Notes: generated by a model from the letters alone, not told the origin. Shown: positions 1 to 12,964, numbered from the stretch's first letter. The stretch is 51,679 nt of DNA from Thermoclostridium sp. (GCA_035647675.1 DASRMZ010000009.1:1-51679), one strand, 5' to 3'. Translations and numbers: made by a program.

Positions 1-839
1 TCTCCAGCCTCAGCGTAATCAAGAATTTTACGGAACATTTCTATTCCAGTAACAGCAACTTTTTTACCGCCATCAGACAATCCAACAATTTCAACTTCTT
101 CACCAGAATTTAGTTGACCACGCTCAACTCTACCTGTAGCAACTGTTCCACGACCTGTGATTGTGAAAACGTCCTCAACAGGCATAAGGAATGGAAGGTC
201 AGCCTTACGCTCTGGGTCTGGAATGTAGCTGTCAACAGCATCCATAAGCTCAAAGATTGGCTTAAGTTCAGGAGCGCTAGTATCTGTGCCTGTATACTCA
301 AGTGCTTTAAGAGCAGAACCCTTAATAATTGGTGTGTCATCACCTGGGAACTCGTACTCATCAAGAGTTTCACGAATTTCCATTTCAACAAGCTCAAGAA
401 GCTCTTCGTCATCAACTTGGTCAACCTTGTTCATAAATACAATGATGTATGGAACGCCAACCTGACGAGCAAGAAGCAAGTGCTCTTTTGTTTGAGCCAT
501 TGGGCCATCTGTTGAAGCTATAACAAGAATAGCACCGTCCATCTGAGCAGCACCGGTAATCATATTTTTGATGTAGTCGGCGTGACCAGGGCAGTCAACG
601 TGAGCATAGTGACGGTTTTCTGTCTCATACTCAACGTGGGAGGTATTAATGGTTATTCCTCTCTCCTTCTCTTCTGGAGCAGAGTCAATCTGTTCATATG
701 ACTGAAGTGTTATATTTTCGTCACCTAATGACAAGACTTTTGTAATTGCAGCAGTTAATGTGGTTTTACCATGGTCAACGTGACCAATAGTTCCAATATT
801 TACATGGGGTTTTGTTCTTTCGAATTTAGCTTTTGCCAT
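1..839 (-). CDS. tuf: Elongation factor Tu (3' part runs off the window)
   Basis: Minus-strand translation from ATG 839: [33 protein letters not shown], later DCPGHADY; AGGAGG RBS; follows fusA. Missing from the ORF track because the window truncates it. Confidence 0.98.
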   Translation of the reverse strand, partial: MAKAKFERTKPHVNIGTIGHVDHGKTTLTAAITKVLSLGDENITLQSYEQIDSAPEEKERGITINTSHVEYETENRHYAHVDCPGHADYIKNMITGAAQMDGAILVIASTDGPMAQTKEHLLLARQVGVPYIIVFMNKVDQVDDEELLELVEMEIRETLDEYEFPGDDTPIIKGSALKALEYTGTDTSAPELKPIFELMDAVDSYIPDPERKADLPFLMPVEDVFTITGRGTVATGRVERGQLNSGEEVEIVGLSDGGKKVAVTGIEMFRKILDYAEAG

Positions 840-933
840 CGAAATTCTCCTCCTTAATACAGTTTTATAACTGTTGATAATTATATTATTTATTAGCTCA
901 AATTTCAATAATGTTTTACAGCCTATTAAATAT

Positions 934-961
934 ACTATAACATTTTAGTTCTTTCTGTCAA
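934..961 (-). promoter_or_regulatory. Putative sigma-A promoter for tuf
   Basis: Minus strand reads TTGACA-N16-TATAGT with a TG extended -10, in the fusA-tuf gap. Confidence 0.6.
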
Positions 962-975
962 TATTTTGGCAATTT

Positions 976-3066
976 CTATCTCTGTGGGCTGTCACCATGT
1001 ACCATTTTCTCTTGAATATTCTTTGGAATCTCGGCATAGTGATCAAATTGCATTGAGTAAACTGCCCTTCCCTGTGAATTTGAGCGAAGATCCGTTGCAT
1101 AACCGAACATTTCGCTTAAAGGTACAAAGGATGAGACAATTTGAGCACCTGAACGAGCTTCCATACCATCGATACGTCCACGGCGAGAGTTTAAATCACC
1201 AATTACATCACCCATATATTCTTCAGGTGTAGTAACCTCCACCTTCATAACTGGTTCTAATAGAACCGGTTCTGCTTTTTTCATGGCCTCTTTAAATGCC
1301 ATTGATCCGGCAATTTTGAAAGCCATCTCAGACGAGTCAACATCATGGTATGAACCATCAAACAGTTTAACCTTAATATCAATTACTTGATATCCGGAAA
1401 TAATACCTGTATTCATGGCATCTCTTATACCAGCATCTACAGCCGGGATGTATTCCCTTGGGATTACACCACCAACAATAGCGTTTATAAACTCATATTC
1501 ACCAGTCTCAATGGGTTCAATTTCAATCCAGCAATGGCCATATTGCCCACGGCCACCAGACTGTCGTATGAACTTTCCTTCGGCCTTTGCTGCCTTGCGT
1601 ATGGTTTCCTTGTAGGAAACCTGTGGCTTACCAACATTAGCTTCTACCTTAAACTCACGCAACAGACGATCAACTATTATCTCAAGATGCAACTCGCCCA
1701 TTCCTGCTATAATAGTTTGGCCAGTCTCATGGTTTGTAGAAACTCTGAAGGTTGGATCCTCTTCTGCAAGCTTCTGCAACGCAACAGCCATCTTTTCCTG
1801 ACCTACTTTTGTCTTAGGCTCAATGGCAACATTGATAACAGGTTCAGGAAATTCCATTGACTCCAATATGATTGGATGCTCCTCATCACAAAGCGTATCA
1901 CCAGTGGTTGTAAACTTTAGCCCTACTGCCGCTGCAATATCACCAGCATAGGCTGTAGATACTTCCTGACGATGGTTTGCGTGCATCTGAAGTATTCTTC
2001 CTATACGCTCACGTTTACCCTTTGTGGAATTTAGCACATATGAACCTGACTTCATTTTTCCAGAGTATACACGGAAAAACGCCAGCTTCCCAACATATGG
2101 GTCTGTTACTATTTTAAAAGCTAGAGCCGACAAAGGTTCATTGTCATCAGAATGCCTTACAATCTCTTCATGTTCATCTTCCTCATCATCAGGATGTAGT
2201 CCTGTAATGGGAGGAACATCAAGAGGTGATGGCATATATTCGACAATACAATCCAATAACTTTTGTACTCCCTTGTTCTTGTAGGACGAGCCGCAGGTAA
2301 CCGGAACCATGTCAACATTTAATGTCGCCTTACGAATGGCTTGCTTGAGCTGTTCTTTCGGAATCTCTTCACCTTCGAGGTACATCTCCATTAACTCGTC
2401 ATCATGATCAGCTACGGCTTCTAGCAGTTTTACATGATGCTCGTCAGCTAACTCCTTCATATTCTCTGGAATATCTCCTTCGTCAAGCTGAACACCTAAA
2501 TCATCTCTATAAAAATAGGCTTTCATTTCAACTAAATCAATAATCCCTTCGAAATGATCTTCTTTACCAATGGGTAATTGAATTGGAATAGCATTGGCCC
2601 TTAAGCGATCCCTCATCATTTGAATGCAGTTAAAAAAGTCTGCACCCATTATATCCATTTTATTTACATAAGCCATTCTAGGAACTCGATATTTATCAGC
2701 TTGGCGCCATACTGTCTCAGACTGGGGTTCAACACCGCCTTTAGCGCAAAATAGAGTAAGAGATCCATCAAGCACACGCAAGGATCGTTCAACTTCAACT
2801 GTAAAGTCAACGTGACCTGGTGTATCTATAATGTTTACCCTAACATCCTTCCAAAAAGCAGTGGTCGCTGCTGAAGTAATTGTTATACCTCTTTCCTGTT
2901 CTTGTTCCATCCAGTCCATTGTAGCAGCGCCTTCATGCGTTTCTCCAAGCTTATGAACCCTTCCGGTGTAAAACAGAATTCTTTCGGTGGTTGTTGTTTT
3001 TCCAGCATCAATATGTGCCATTATACCGATATTCCTTGTTTTCTCCAGATTATATTCCCGGGGCAT
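976..3066 (-). CDS. fusA: Elongation factor G
   Basis: [31 protein letters not shown] and NKMD GTPase motifs; 696 aa; position in str operon. Confidence 0.98.
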   Translation of the reverse strand: MPREYNLEKTRNIGIMAHIDAGKTTTTERILFYTGRVHKLGETHEGAATMDWMEQEQERGITITSAATTAFWKDVRVNIIDTPGHVDFTVEVERSLRVLDGSLTLFCAKGGVEPQSETVWRQADKYRVPRMAYVNKMDIMGADFFNCIQMMRDRLRANAIPIQLPIGKEDHFEGIIDLVEMKAYFYRDDLGVQLDEGDIPENMKELADEHHVKLLEAVADHDDELMEMYLEGEEIPKEQLKQAIRKATLNVDMVPVTCGSSYKNKGVQKLLDCIVEYMPSPLDVPPITGLHPDDEEDEHEEIVRHSDDNEPLSALAFKIVTDPYVGKLAFFRVYSGKMKSGSYVLNSTKGKRERIGRILQMHANHRQEVSTAYAGDIAAAVGLKFTTTGDTLCDEEHPIILESMEFPEPVINVAIEPKTKVGQEKMAVALQKLAEEDPTFRVSTNHETGQTIIAGMGELHLEIIVDRLLREFKVEANVGKPQVSYKETIRKAAKAEGKFIRQSGGRGQYGHCWIEIEPIETGEYEFINAIVGGVIPREYIPAVDAGIRDAMNTGIISGYQVIDIKVKLFDGSYHDVDSSEMAFKIAGSMAFKEAMKKAEPVLLEPVMKVEVTTPEEYMGDVIGDLNSRRGRIDGMEARSGAQIVSSFVPLSEMFGYATDLRSNSQGRAVYSMQFDHYAEIPKNIQEKMVHGDSPQR

Positions 3067-3099
3067 CTAAGTCCTCCTCCTAAAGTGTTTGAATACAGA

Positions 3100-3585
<486 letters not shown>

Positions 3586-3751
3586 TCATGATAACTGACA
3601 GTTATATCTGCCGTATCACAGGTACTCGACCCGCAAATGCGGTCCGTCAGCGCTCGTTAAGTTGCTCAAATACTTATATATATGAAACAACGTACAAAAA
3701 CGCTGTAGCATCCTGTTTTAAATTTTCAATCCTTCAAACCATAGTACTTTA

Positions 3752-4165
3752 CTATTTCTTTGGTCTTTTTGCACCATATTTGGAGCGCCCTTGCATTCTA
3801 TTGGCAACACCAGCTGTATCAAGAGTTCCCCTTACAATATGGTAACGCACGCCTGGGAGATCCTTTACACGTCCACCACGGATTAGTACCACGCTATGTT
3901 CCTGCAAATTGTGTCCGATACCTGGTATATACGCAGATACCTCAATCTGATTTGACAAACGTACTCTGGCAACCTTTCGGAGAGCAGAGTTTGGTTTTTT
4001 TGGTGTAACTGTCCTAACAACTGTGCAAACACCACGCTTCTGTGGACTCTTAATCTCGGTTGACTGCTTCTTCAAGGAATTCATTCCGTAATGAAGAGCA
4101 GGTGAATCGGACTTTTTCGTTAACTTCTTTCTTCCTTTTCTCACCAGTTGGTTAAACGTTGGCAT
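3752..4165 (-). CDS. rpsL: 30S ribosomal protein S12
   Basis: [17 protein letters not shown] and [11 protein letters not shown] motifs. Confidence 0.98.
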   Translation of the reverse strand: MPTFNQLVRKGRKKLTKKSDSPALHYGMNSLKKQSTEIKSPQKRGVCTVVRTVTPKKPNSALRKVARVRLSNQIEVSAYIPGIGHNLQEHSVVLIRGGRVKDLPGVRYHIVRGTLDTAGVANRMQGRSKYGAKRPKK

Positions 4166-4242
4166 TCATTTTTCACCTCCTTTAAATTATTATCTATATT
4201 ATACCACCTTAATATGGTGGGATACATGACTATTTTATATTC

Positions 4243-4488
4243 TCAATCCTTTAGTATAGCCGCTACTGCAGTTCCTACATCAATACCGCATTTTCTACCC
4301 AATATTTTCATGCTTTCAACACTGCAAATTTCAATTTTTTTGTCATTGGAAAGTGCAATAATCTTTGCTGTCAAGCTCTGATCAGCGTCACTTGCAACAT
4401 AAACCACCCTAACTTCATCGGCTTCCAATGCCCTCACAGTCTGCTTTAACCCAACAGTTTTACTATTGTTCTTTAAATCATCCAGCAC
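4243..4488 (-). CDS. L7Ae/L30e family K-turn-binding protein (YbxF-like)
   Basis: GLKQTVRAL...VYVASDAD...LGRKCGIDVGTAVAAI; canonical Firmicute position upstream of rpsL. Confidence 0.9.
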   Translation of the reverse strand: MLDDLKNNSKTVGLKQTVRALEADEVRVVYVASDADQSLTAKIIALSNDKKIEICSVESMKILGRKCGIDVGTAVAAILKD

Positions 4489-4655
4489 TACTACATTTCC
4501 CTCCAGTTAATAGAGCATTATGTAATGTTATATATTTTTATTGCGCCATAATGTAAATTTATGCAGCTATAATTTAGCTGCATAAGTCTGCTTTAAGCAG
4601 AAAAGCTATAAAATCAGCTTCTTATTGACTAATATAACAGATATATCCTAATCGC

Positions 4656-4682
4656 ACAAAAACAGCATGTTACTACATGCTG
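4656..4682 (-). terminator. Intrinsic terminator-like hairpin in the str-operon leader
   Basis: Minus strand reads CAGCATGT-AGTA-ACATGCTG followed by TTTTTG. Confidence 0.55.
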
Positions 4683-4714
4683 AATTTACTACTTGCTGCA
4701 TTTAATACTGGAAC

Positions 4715-4744
4715 ATTGTATCACCGTACGCTTATCTTTGTCAA
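4715..4744 (-). promoter_or_regulatory. Putative sigma-A promoter of the str operon
   Basis: Minus strand reads TTGACA-N18-TACAAT with a TG extension. Confidence 0.6.
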
Positions 4745-4972
4745 GGAATTTTGGCTAAGTAAGTGATGCGGCAGGTTACAGGGTTGCTGTTCACAGGTAA
4801 CTGGTGATATAAAGCTGTGAAATATAAGAAAACATTAGCGAAATGAAGAGTAGTTTTCGTTATTACACAACTATATCCCAAAATGCAAAGGGAATGAACA
4901 GTAGCTTTGCAATACAAAATTCGCCACCTATTATGACGGTTGGTTTAATTAATTTTGCATGTGACACAGTTA

Positions 4973-6853
4973 TTATATGCTCTCCGATAGGTTTGCCCAA
5001 CTATCATACAATCCATCCATCTTTTCTACTAATTTCTCTCTTTCCTTCATAAGCTCCTGCAGTCTTTCATAATCACTTGCTGCATTCTCCATTTTGCTGT
5101 CAATGTCCTTAATCGCTAATTCATAGTCTGCTATATCTCGTTCAAGCGCCCTTAGTTTTTTTTCAATATCCTTAGGGTTAACTGTCTTTCTTCTAACTTG
5201 CTTGATTTTCTTTACTTGTTTTTTTTCATCGGCATTTATACCATCCTGCGTCTGCTTCCATACTCTATACTCATGGTATGTACCTTTATAATCAAATATT
5301 TTGCCCTCTTTTAAATCCCATATTCGTGTAGCAAATCGCTTTATAAAATAGCGGTCATGGGAAACAAAAAGCAGAGTTCCGCCAAAGGATTCTAGAGTCC
5401 GTTCAATCCATTCTCGCGAAGCAATATCAAGGTGGTTGGTGGGCTCATCAAGTATTAAAAGATTAATCTCTTGTTGCATTAATAGGAAAAGCTTAAGCCG
5501 ACTTTTTTCACCACCCGATAAAGCCGAAACTTTTTTAAACACCTCTTCCCCTGTAAATTGGAATGCTGCCAGGCGGTTTCTTGCAGTATCCTCGCTCCAC
5601 TCCATTTCATATCTGACGCTCTCAAGCATTGTTAATTCAGGTCTTTCAAAATGCACAATTTGAGGAAGAAAAGCATATTCCACACTTCTGCCAATTCTAA
5701 CATCACCGCTGTCGGGCTGTATATTATTGCCTATAACATTCAAAAGTGTTGTTTTCCCACATCCATTAGGCCCTATCAGTCCTATACGATCTCCTTTTCT
5801 TGCAGTTAGAGTAATCTCGTCAAGGATTTTTCTGTGCCCAAAGCTTTTGCTGACGCTGCGTAGTATTATAAAATCTTTTCCTGAGAACTCTATTTCTTTA
5901 AATTTAGCCTTCATATTATTCTCAAGAAACGGTCTTTCGGTTTTTTCTAACCGTTCAATTCTCTTTTCCATCGCAAAGGCTCTTCTATGCATACTTTTGC
6001 TATCTGCACGGCTTGCCCAATCATGCATCCTTTTTGCTGCTGATTCTAATTGCTGTATTTTCCTTTTCTCCTGCTCATATGAAGCCAACTGCTGTTGATA
6101 GCGTTCCTCTCTTAGTTTTACATAATCTGAATAATTGCCTTTATAAAAAACAGCTTTACCCAATTCTATCTCTATTATTCTTGTAACAACCCTATCGAGA
6201 AAATATCTATCATGGGATATAACAACAACAGTTCCTTTAAAACTATTTAAATATTCCTCTAACCACTCGCACGCTTCCACATCAAGATGGTTTGTGGGCT
6301 CATCCAATAAAAGAATATCTGGCTTTTTCAATATTATCCTGCCAAGATTTACTCTTGTCTGTTCGCCACCGCTCAATTTGCGAAAAGGTTCATTTAGCAT
6401 TTGCGGATCTATTTGAAGCCCTTCACAAACTATGGCTAAATCCGTTTCCATCATATATCCACCTTGGGCTTCAAACACATGGGCTATCTCACCATAACGT
6501 CTTAGCACTGAAGGCTCCTGATTTGAGCTCATTTTCTCCTCAAGACTCTTCATGTCCTTGAGCATAAATAATAGCCTCTCAAATCCAGCCTTAAGTACAT
6601 CCTTCACAGAGTAATCACTTGGGAACACAGGTATTTGATCCAGTACCTCCATTTGCCTGTCTTTGGGTATAAAAACCCTACCCTCTTCAAATGGCTCTGT
6701 TCCATCCATTACTTTAAAAAGGGTGGTTTTTCCTGCACCATTTTTACCAAGGAGTCCAACTCTTTCACCTTCATATATTTCAAAGGAAATCCCTTTTAAA
6801 ATGTGGCTATCACCATAATATTTATGGATATCCTGACATACTATATCGGCCAT
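4973..6853 (-). CDS. ABC-F family ATPase (ribosome-associated)
   Basis: Two ABC cassettes (GKNGAGKTT/LSGGE/LLLDEPTNHLD and GPNGCGKTT/LSGGE/LILDEPTNHLD), no transmembrane segments, C-terminal coiled coil. Confidence 0.92.
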   Translation of the reverse strand: MADIVCQDIHKYYGDSHILKGISFEIYEGERVGLLGKNGAGKTTLFKVMDGTEPFEEGRVFIPKDRQMEVLDQIPVFPSDYSVKDVLKAGFERLLFMLKDMKSLEEKMSSNQEPSVLRRYGEIAHVFEAQGGYMMETDLAIVCEGLQIDPQMLNEPFRKLSGGEQTRVNLGRIILKKPDILLLDEPTNHLDVEACEWLEEYLNSFKGTVVVISHDRYFLDRVVTRIIEIELGKAVFYKGNYSDYVKLREERYQQQLASYEQEKRKIQQLESAAKRMHDWASRADSKSMHRRAFAMEKRIERLEKTERPFLENNMKAKFKEIEFSGKDFIILRSVSKSFGHRKILDEITLTARKGDRIGLIGPNGCGKTTLLNVIGNNIQPDSGDVRIGRSVEYAFLPQIVHFERPELTMLESVRYEMEWSEDTARNRLAAFQFTGEEVFKKVSALSGGEKSRLKLFLLMQQEINLLILDEPTNHLDIASREWIERTLESFGGTLLFVSHDRYFIKRFATRIWDLKEGKIFDYKGTYHEYRVWKQTQDGINADEKKQVKKIKQVRRKTVNPKDIEKKLRALERDIADYELAIKDIDSKMENAASDYERLQELMKEREKLVEKMDGLYDSWANLSESI

Positions 6854-6890
6854 TATAATTTAGGAAGACTTAGCTCCCCTTCCTTTCTGT

Positions 6891-7067
6891 AGCATTTCGA
6901 AATGTTTCATGTTTTAAGTTCGGCTGCGCAATATATTGTGGAATGTATAAGGGTCTCTCTCCACCTATTGTACAGCAATATCAAAAGGGCATTTGCAACA
7001 CTTATTTTGAACACTTAGATAAGGATATATTGCAAAGATCATTGTTAAGCATACATCGCAAAAGCCT
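6891..7067. repeat. Family-2 palindromic intergenic element (diverged, extended copy)
   Basis: Left arm AGCATTTCGAAATGTTTC, inner stem GCTGCGCAATA/TATTGTACAGC, right arm ACATCGCAAAAGCCT; homologous to 8075-8194 in the opposite orientation. Confidence 0.65.
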
Positions 7068-7077
7068 TTTCTATGGT

Positions 7078-7998
7078 TTATTGGTTGTTGCCTCGTTTAC
7101 TTCGAGCCTTTTTTCTATATTCCAAGGGGGTCATCTCGGTATTCTTTTTGAAGGTTTCATTAAAATGCTGTTGAGTGGAAAATCCTACACTTAATGCAAT
7201 TTCATTTGCCTTCTCATCAGTCTTTTCTAAAAGCTCCTTTGCCCTTTCAATCCTTACCTTTATCAAAAAACTTATGGGTGAGTCCCCTGTTTCCTTCTTA
7301 AAAATACGTGTAAAATAGCTTGGACTTAAGAACACATATCCACATATATCACTTAAATTTATATCTCTTTCATAATAATTGTTTATGTATTGCACTGCTA
7401 AATTAACCAGTTCCTTTTGTTGAAGACTATCCTCTAAGATACTGTGCTCCCATTCAAGCTTTAAAACTCTTGAAATCATTACAAAAAGTTCAAGCACTAA
7501 AAGATATACCAAAAACTCGCTGCCAAACTTTTCCTCCGACTGTTCACTAACAATTCGGTTTAGTAATGTTATAATTTCGTTTTTATGATTTACCTTAAGC
7601 TTTAAAAATGGACTGGTTTTTTGTTCGGTAAAAAAGTTGATAAAATCTTCTATTGGTATCTCAGACGGATAATAAGCTGTGCTATTGTTTTTTCTCTGGG
7701 TGAACGAAAAATGAAGGACAATAAACTCACATACGCTACCTTGCTGAACCTTGAGTGTATGAACCTTATGGGGCTTAATAATGATGATATCATTTGGACC
7801 TATTGTAGTCCTTATACCCTCTATCTCAAAAACAGATATACCTTTTTTTACATACACCATTTCATAATATTTATGATAGCTATGGGTTTGCGACCAATCA
7901 GCATCAAAGTGACGCTCAATTGAATTTACAACGACAGGCATATATCCTGAGCTGTTCATAAACTCCTGCCATGTCTTGGGAAATAATTCACTATTCAC
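7078..7998 (-). CDS. AraC family transcriptional regulator (cupin sensor plus HTH)
   Basis: HSYHKYYEM cupin; C-terminal LSPSYFTRIFKK...IALSVGFSTQQHFNETFKK double HTH. Confidence 0.93.
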   Translation of the reverse strand: MNSELFPKTWQEFMNSSGYMPVVVNSIERHFDADWSQTHSYHKYYEMVYVKKGISVFEIEGIRTTIGPNDIIIIKPHKVHTLKVQQGSVCEFIVLHFSFTQRKNNSTAYYPSEIPIEDFINFFTEQKTSPFLKLKVNHKNEIITLLNRIVSEQSEEKFGSEFLVYLLVLELFVMISRVLKLEWEHSILEDSLQQKELVNLAVQYINNYYERDINLSDICGYVFLSPSYFTRIFKKETGDSPISFLIKVRIERAKELLEKTDEKANEIALSVGFSTQQHFNETFKKNTEMTPLEYRKKARSKRGNNQ

Positions 7999-8074
7999 TC
8001 TTAAACCCCTTTAATTGTGTCCTTTCTTAAAATTATAGCATATGATATTTTTTGATTCCACCAGCTTGTGAAAT

Positions 8075-8194
8075 AGGCTTTTGCGATGTAACCATAAAAA
8101 ACATTAGCTATACAATATGTGGTGCTTAACATTCATATATATCCACAACATATTGTATAGCGGAATTCAAAAAATGTAACATCGCAAAATGCTC
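8075..8194. repeat. Family-2 palindromic intergenic element (reference copy)
   Basis: Perfect 11-bp outer inverted repeat TTTTGCGATGT/ACATCGCAAAA and perfect 14-bp inner inverted repeat GCTATACAATATGT/ACATATTGTATAGC. Confidence 0.8.
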
Positions 8195-8202
8195 GAAATA
8201 TG

Positions 8203-8242
8203 AAAAACATCCGAACCAGTTTATTTATAGGTTCGGATGTTT
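8203..8242 (-). terminator. Intrinsic terminator of groESL
   Basis: 13-bp inverted repeat AAACATCCGAACC/GGTTCGGATGTTT with a T-run on the minus strand, just after the groL stop. Confidence 0.8.
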
Positions 8243-8279
8243 AAATAATCTACATTATTTACCTGTAAATCATATTAGT

Positions 8280-10312
<2,033 letters not shown>

Positions 10313-10525
10313 TACAATATTATATAGAATTTTGTTTTCAGGCAAATACTCTTTACCCAGAAATTTAGGCTAAATATGCCATTCTAACAATTCCACCATA
10401 TATTTTCTTGCTTTTACTTTGGTTTTCTTTAATTATCTCCACTTTACCTTTTTGATGCAGATGTGTTTCAAATTGCCAAAGCTTTATTGCGGATACTTTT
10501 ATACTATTTGCTTTTTTACGATATG

Positions 10526-11314
10526 CTATGCATTACGGTTATTTTTATTTAATAAATATATTTCCTTCAGCCCCGTCAGCGTAAGCAGGCCGTTAACTTC
10601 ATCCACACATCGGCAGTGGGGTTTGAGAGCTTCGGCAAATCCACCAGTTGCAACTACCATTATATTGTCTTCCTTCATTTCATTTTTCATCTTTTTAACG
10701 ATGTATTCCACCTGACCTAAATAGCCAAAAAATAAACCCGACTGTATACTTGTAACGGTATTCTTGCCAATAACCCCTACGGGCTCAATAATTTCCACCC
10801 TTGGTAGTTTAGACGCTTTTGCAAAGAGAGCCTCAGCCGATATTTTTATACCAGGGCATATAACACCGCCTAAATAGTCTTTGCTTGCATTAACAGCGCA
10901 GAAGGTGGTGGCAGTTCCGAAATCAACAACTATTACAGGTGCTCCATATAATTTTATAGCACTAACTGCATTTACTATTTTATCTGCTCCAACTTCTCTT
11001 GGATCTTCATATTTTATATTTATTCCAGTCTTTACACCAGGGCCAACTACAATAGGGTTCCTGTGGATATATTTTTTCACTGCACTTGTCAATGTACGCA
11101 TTACATGCGGAACAACTGAGCAAATAATTACATCATTAACCTGCTCAATATCCTCATTAGCGTATCGAAACATCGATAGTAACAGCATGCCTATCTCGTC
11201 AGTGGTTTTATAAGACTGTGTCGAAATAGACCAATTATGTTTTAAAGTTTCACCCTGAAAAATGCCAATTGCGGTATTTGTATTTCCCACATCTATGGCT
11301 AATAACATAACCAT
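10526..11314 (-). CDS. coaX: Type III pantothenate kinase
   Basis: LAIDVGNTNT, EVGADKIVNA and VVDFGTATTF motifs; downstream of birA. Confidence 0.95.
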   Translation of the reverse strand: MVMLLAIDVGNTNTAIGIFQGETLKHNWSISTQSYKTTDEIGMLLLSMFRYANEDIEQVNDVIICSVVPHVMRTLTSAVKKYIHRNPIVVGPGVKTGINIKYEDPREVGADKIVNAVSAIKLYGAPVIVVDFGTATTFCAVNASKDYLGGVICPGIKISAEALFAKASKLPRVEIIEPVGVIGKNTVTSIQSGLFFGYLGQVEYIVKKMKNEMKEDNIMVVATGGFAEALKPHCRCVDEVNGLLTLTGLKEIYLLNKNNRNA

Positions 11315-11318
11315 TCTC

Positions 11319-11879
11319 CTATAACCCCAACCTCATGCTGCTAATCTGCTTTATTTCAAACTGAATATCTCTTTCAAGCTTTTCTATGTCCATCATAACG
11401 TCTTCTACCGTTTCTTCTCTTTTAGGCTTCATTATTCTGGCTGCAATGCTTTCGGAATTATAGCGCATAGAGGATCTTTTGTTATAATCAGTCCTTGTGC
11501 TTTTTCTATAACCTGAGCGATTAGTGTCTTTCCTTGGCTTTCTTTTTGTGTTACTAACCGTTTTGTTCTCACTACCTTGCCTTTGGACATTTGCTTGTTC
11601 ATTAGAATTCTTTTTTGTATATTGATTTTTAGTCTGTTGGGTATTACTGTTATTTTGATTTTGCCTATTGCCTTGTTGGTAGCGGTTATTGCTTTGATTT
11701 GGCTTACTGCTTTTTTGACTGTAGTCATTACTTTTATTTTGTCTGTTAGTATTTTGTCTGCTAGTATATTGACTTTTTTTATTGTTGCTTCTATTGCTAG
11801 GTTTATTAATACTCCTATTAGTGTTTTGATTCGTGCTTTGATTAGTTTTTTGATTAGTGCTTTGATTATCGTTTGACAA
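11319..11879 (-). CDS. Hypothetical N/Q/S/K-rich disordered protein with an acidic C-terminal helix
   Basis: Open frame between birA and coaX; GGAGTG RBS with likely TTG start at 11879 (ORF track uses GTG 11888); NQSTNQKTNQSTNQNT repeats. Confidence 0.75.
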   Translation of the reverse strand: MSNDNQSTNQKTNQSTNQNTNRSINKPSNRSNNKKSQYTSRQNTNRQNKSNDYSQKSSKPNQSNNRYQQGNRQNQNNSNTQQTKNQYTKKNSNEQANVQRQGSENKTVSNTKRKPRKDTNRSGYRKSTRTDYNKRSSMRYNSESIAARIMKPKREETVEDVMMDIEKLERDIQFEIKQISSMRLGL

Positions 11880-11913
11880 TTTTTTCACTCCTTTTTATCT
11901 GTAATTTTGTTGT

Positions 11914-12924
11914 CTAAGGAAAACGATTTCTTACCGGACTGTCATAGTCACGTATCGATATTTCCCCTGAAAGTATGGTCTTGCGCTGTCCATCAGGCGT
12001 TTCTACTAGCAGCTGCCCATCGTCTACCACATCAAGAGCCTTTGCTTTCCACGTTTTGTTTCCTTGATATATAATAATATCACGACCTATGGTTATTGAA
12101 AATGATCTCCAAATATTCATAAACTTCGCAGTGCTTCCTCTGTCAATAAAATTAAGGTATAAATCCTCAAACTCTTCTAATATCTCCACTGCTAAAGCGC
12201 TTCGAAAAATCTTTTTTTCAGTATTTAGGCTTAGTGATGTTGCTGTTTCTTTTAATTCATCGGTAAAGTCATCTGTCTTATTCCAAACATTAAGACCTAT
12301 ACCCAGAATAATGGCTTGAACCTTATCGGGTTCTGCCGACATTTCTGTAAGAATACCACAAACCTTTTTATCGCCAATGAGAATGTCATTTGGCCATTTT
12401 ATCCCCAAATTGTTCTTTACATACTTTTCTAATACTTTACATACTGCGCTTGAAGCTGCTAATGTAATGCATTGAACGTCCTTTGGCAAAAGCTCAGGCC
12501 TTAAAAGAATAGACATATAAACTCCATTATCGGCCTTTGATTCCCACTGCCTTCCCCGACGGCCTCTGCCGCCAGTCTGGCTTTTTGCTACAACCACCGT
12601 GCCGTCACTTGCATCATTAGTAGCCATCCGTTTTAATTCATCATTTGTCGAGTCAATTGTGTCGAAAAACAATAAATCCTGCCCTATTATTTTTGTGTTT
12701 AGTTTGCTTACAATAGCACTCTTATCATAAATATCTCCGAAATTAATAAGCTGATAGCCCAGCTTGTTCGCAGACTGAATTTCATAACCTTCCTCTTTAA
12801 GCTTCAAAACATGTTTCCAAACAGCGGTACGTGATACTCCAATCTCATCACTAATCTGCTCCCCAGATATAAATCTCCCCTTATTTTGGATCAACCTTCT
12901 TAGAACCCTATCCTTTGTTTCCAC
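11914..12924 (-). CDS. birA: Bifunctional biotin ligase/repressor
   Basis: N-terminal HTH (SGEQISDEIGVSRTAVWKH), QTGGRGRRGRQW, IKWPND, KKVCGIL. Confidence 0.96.
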   Translation of the reverse strand: METKDRVLRRLIQNKGRFISGEQISDEIGVSRTAVWKHVLKLKEEGYEIQSANKLGYQLINFGDIYDKSAIVSKLNTKIIGQDLLFFDTIDSTNDELKRMATNDASDGTVVVAKSQTGGRGRRGRQWESKADNGVYMSILLRPELLPKDVQCITLAASSAVCKVLEKYVKNNLGIKWPNDILIGDKKVCGILTEMSAEPDKVQAIILGIGLNVWNKTDDFTDELKETATSLSLNTEKKIFRSALAVEILEEFEDLYLNFIDRGSTAKFMNIWRSFSITIGRDIIIYQGNKTWKAKALDVVDDGQLLVETPDGQRKTILSGEISIRDYDSPVRNRFP

Positions 12925-12964
12925 TTATTAAGCCTACCTTTCTATTTAAGGCTTTTACGATGTA

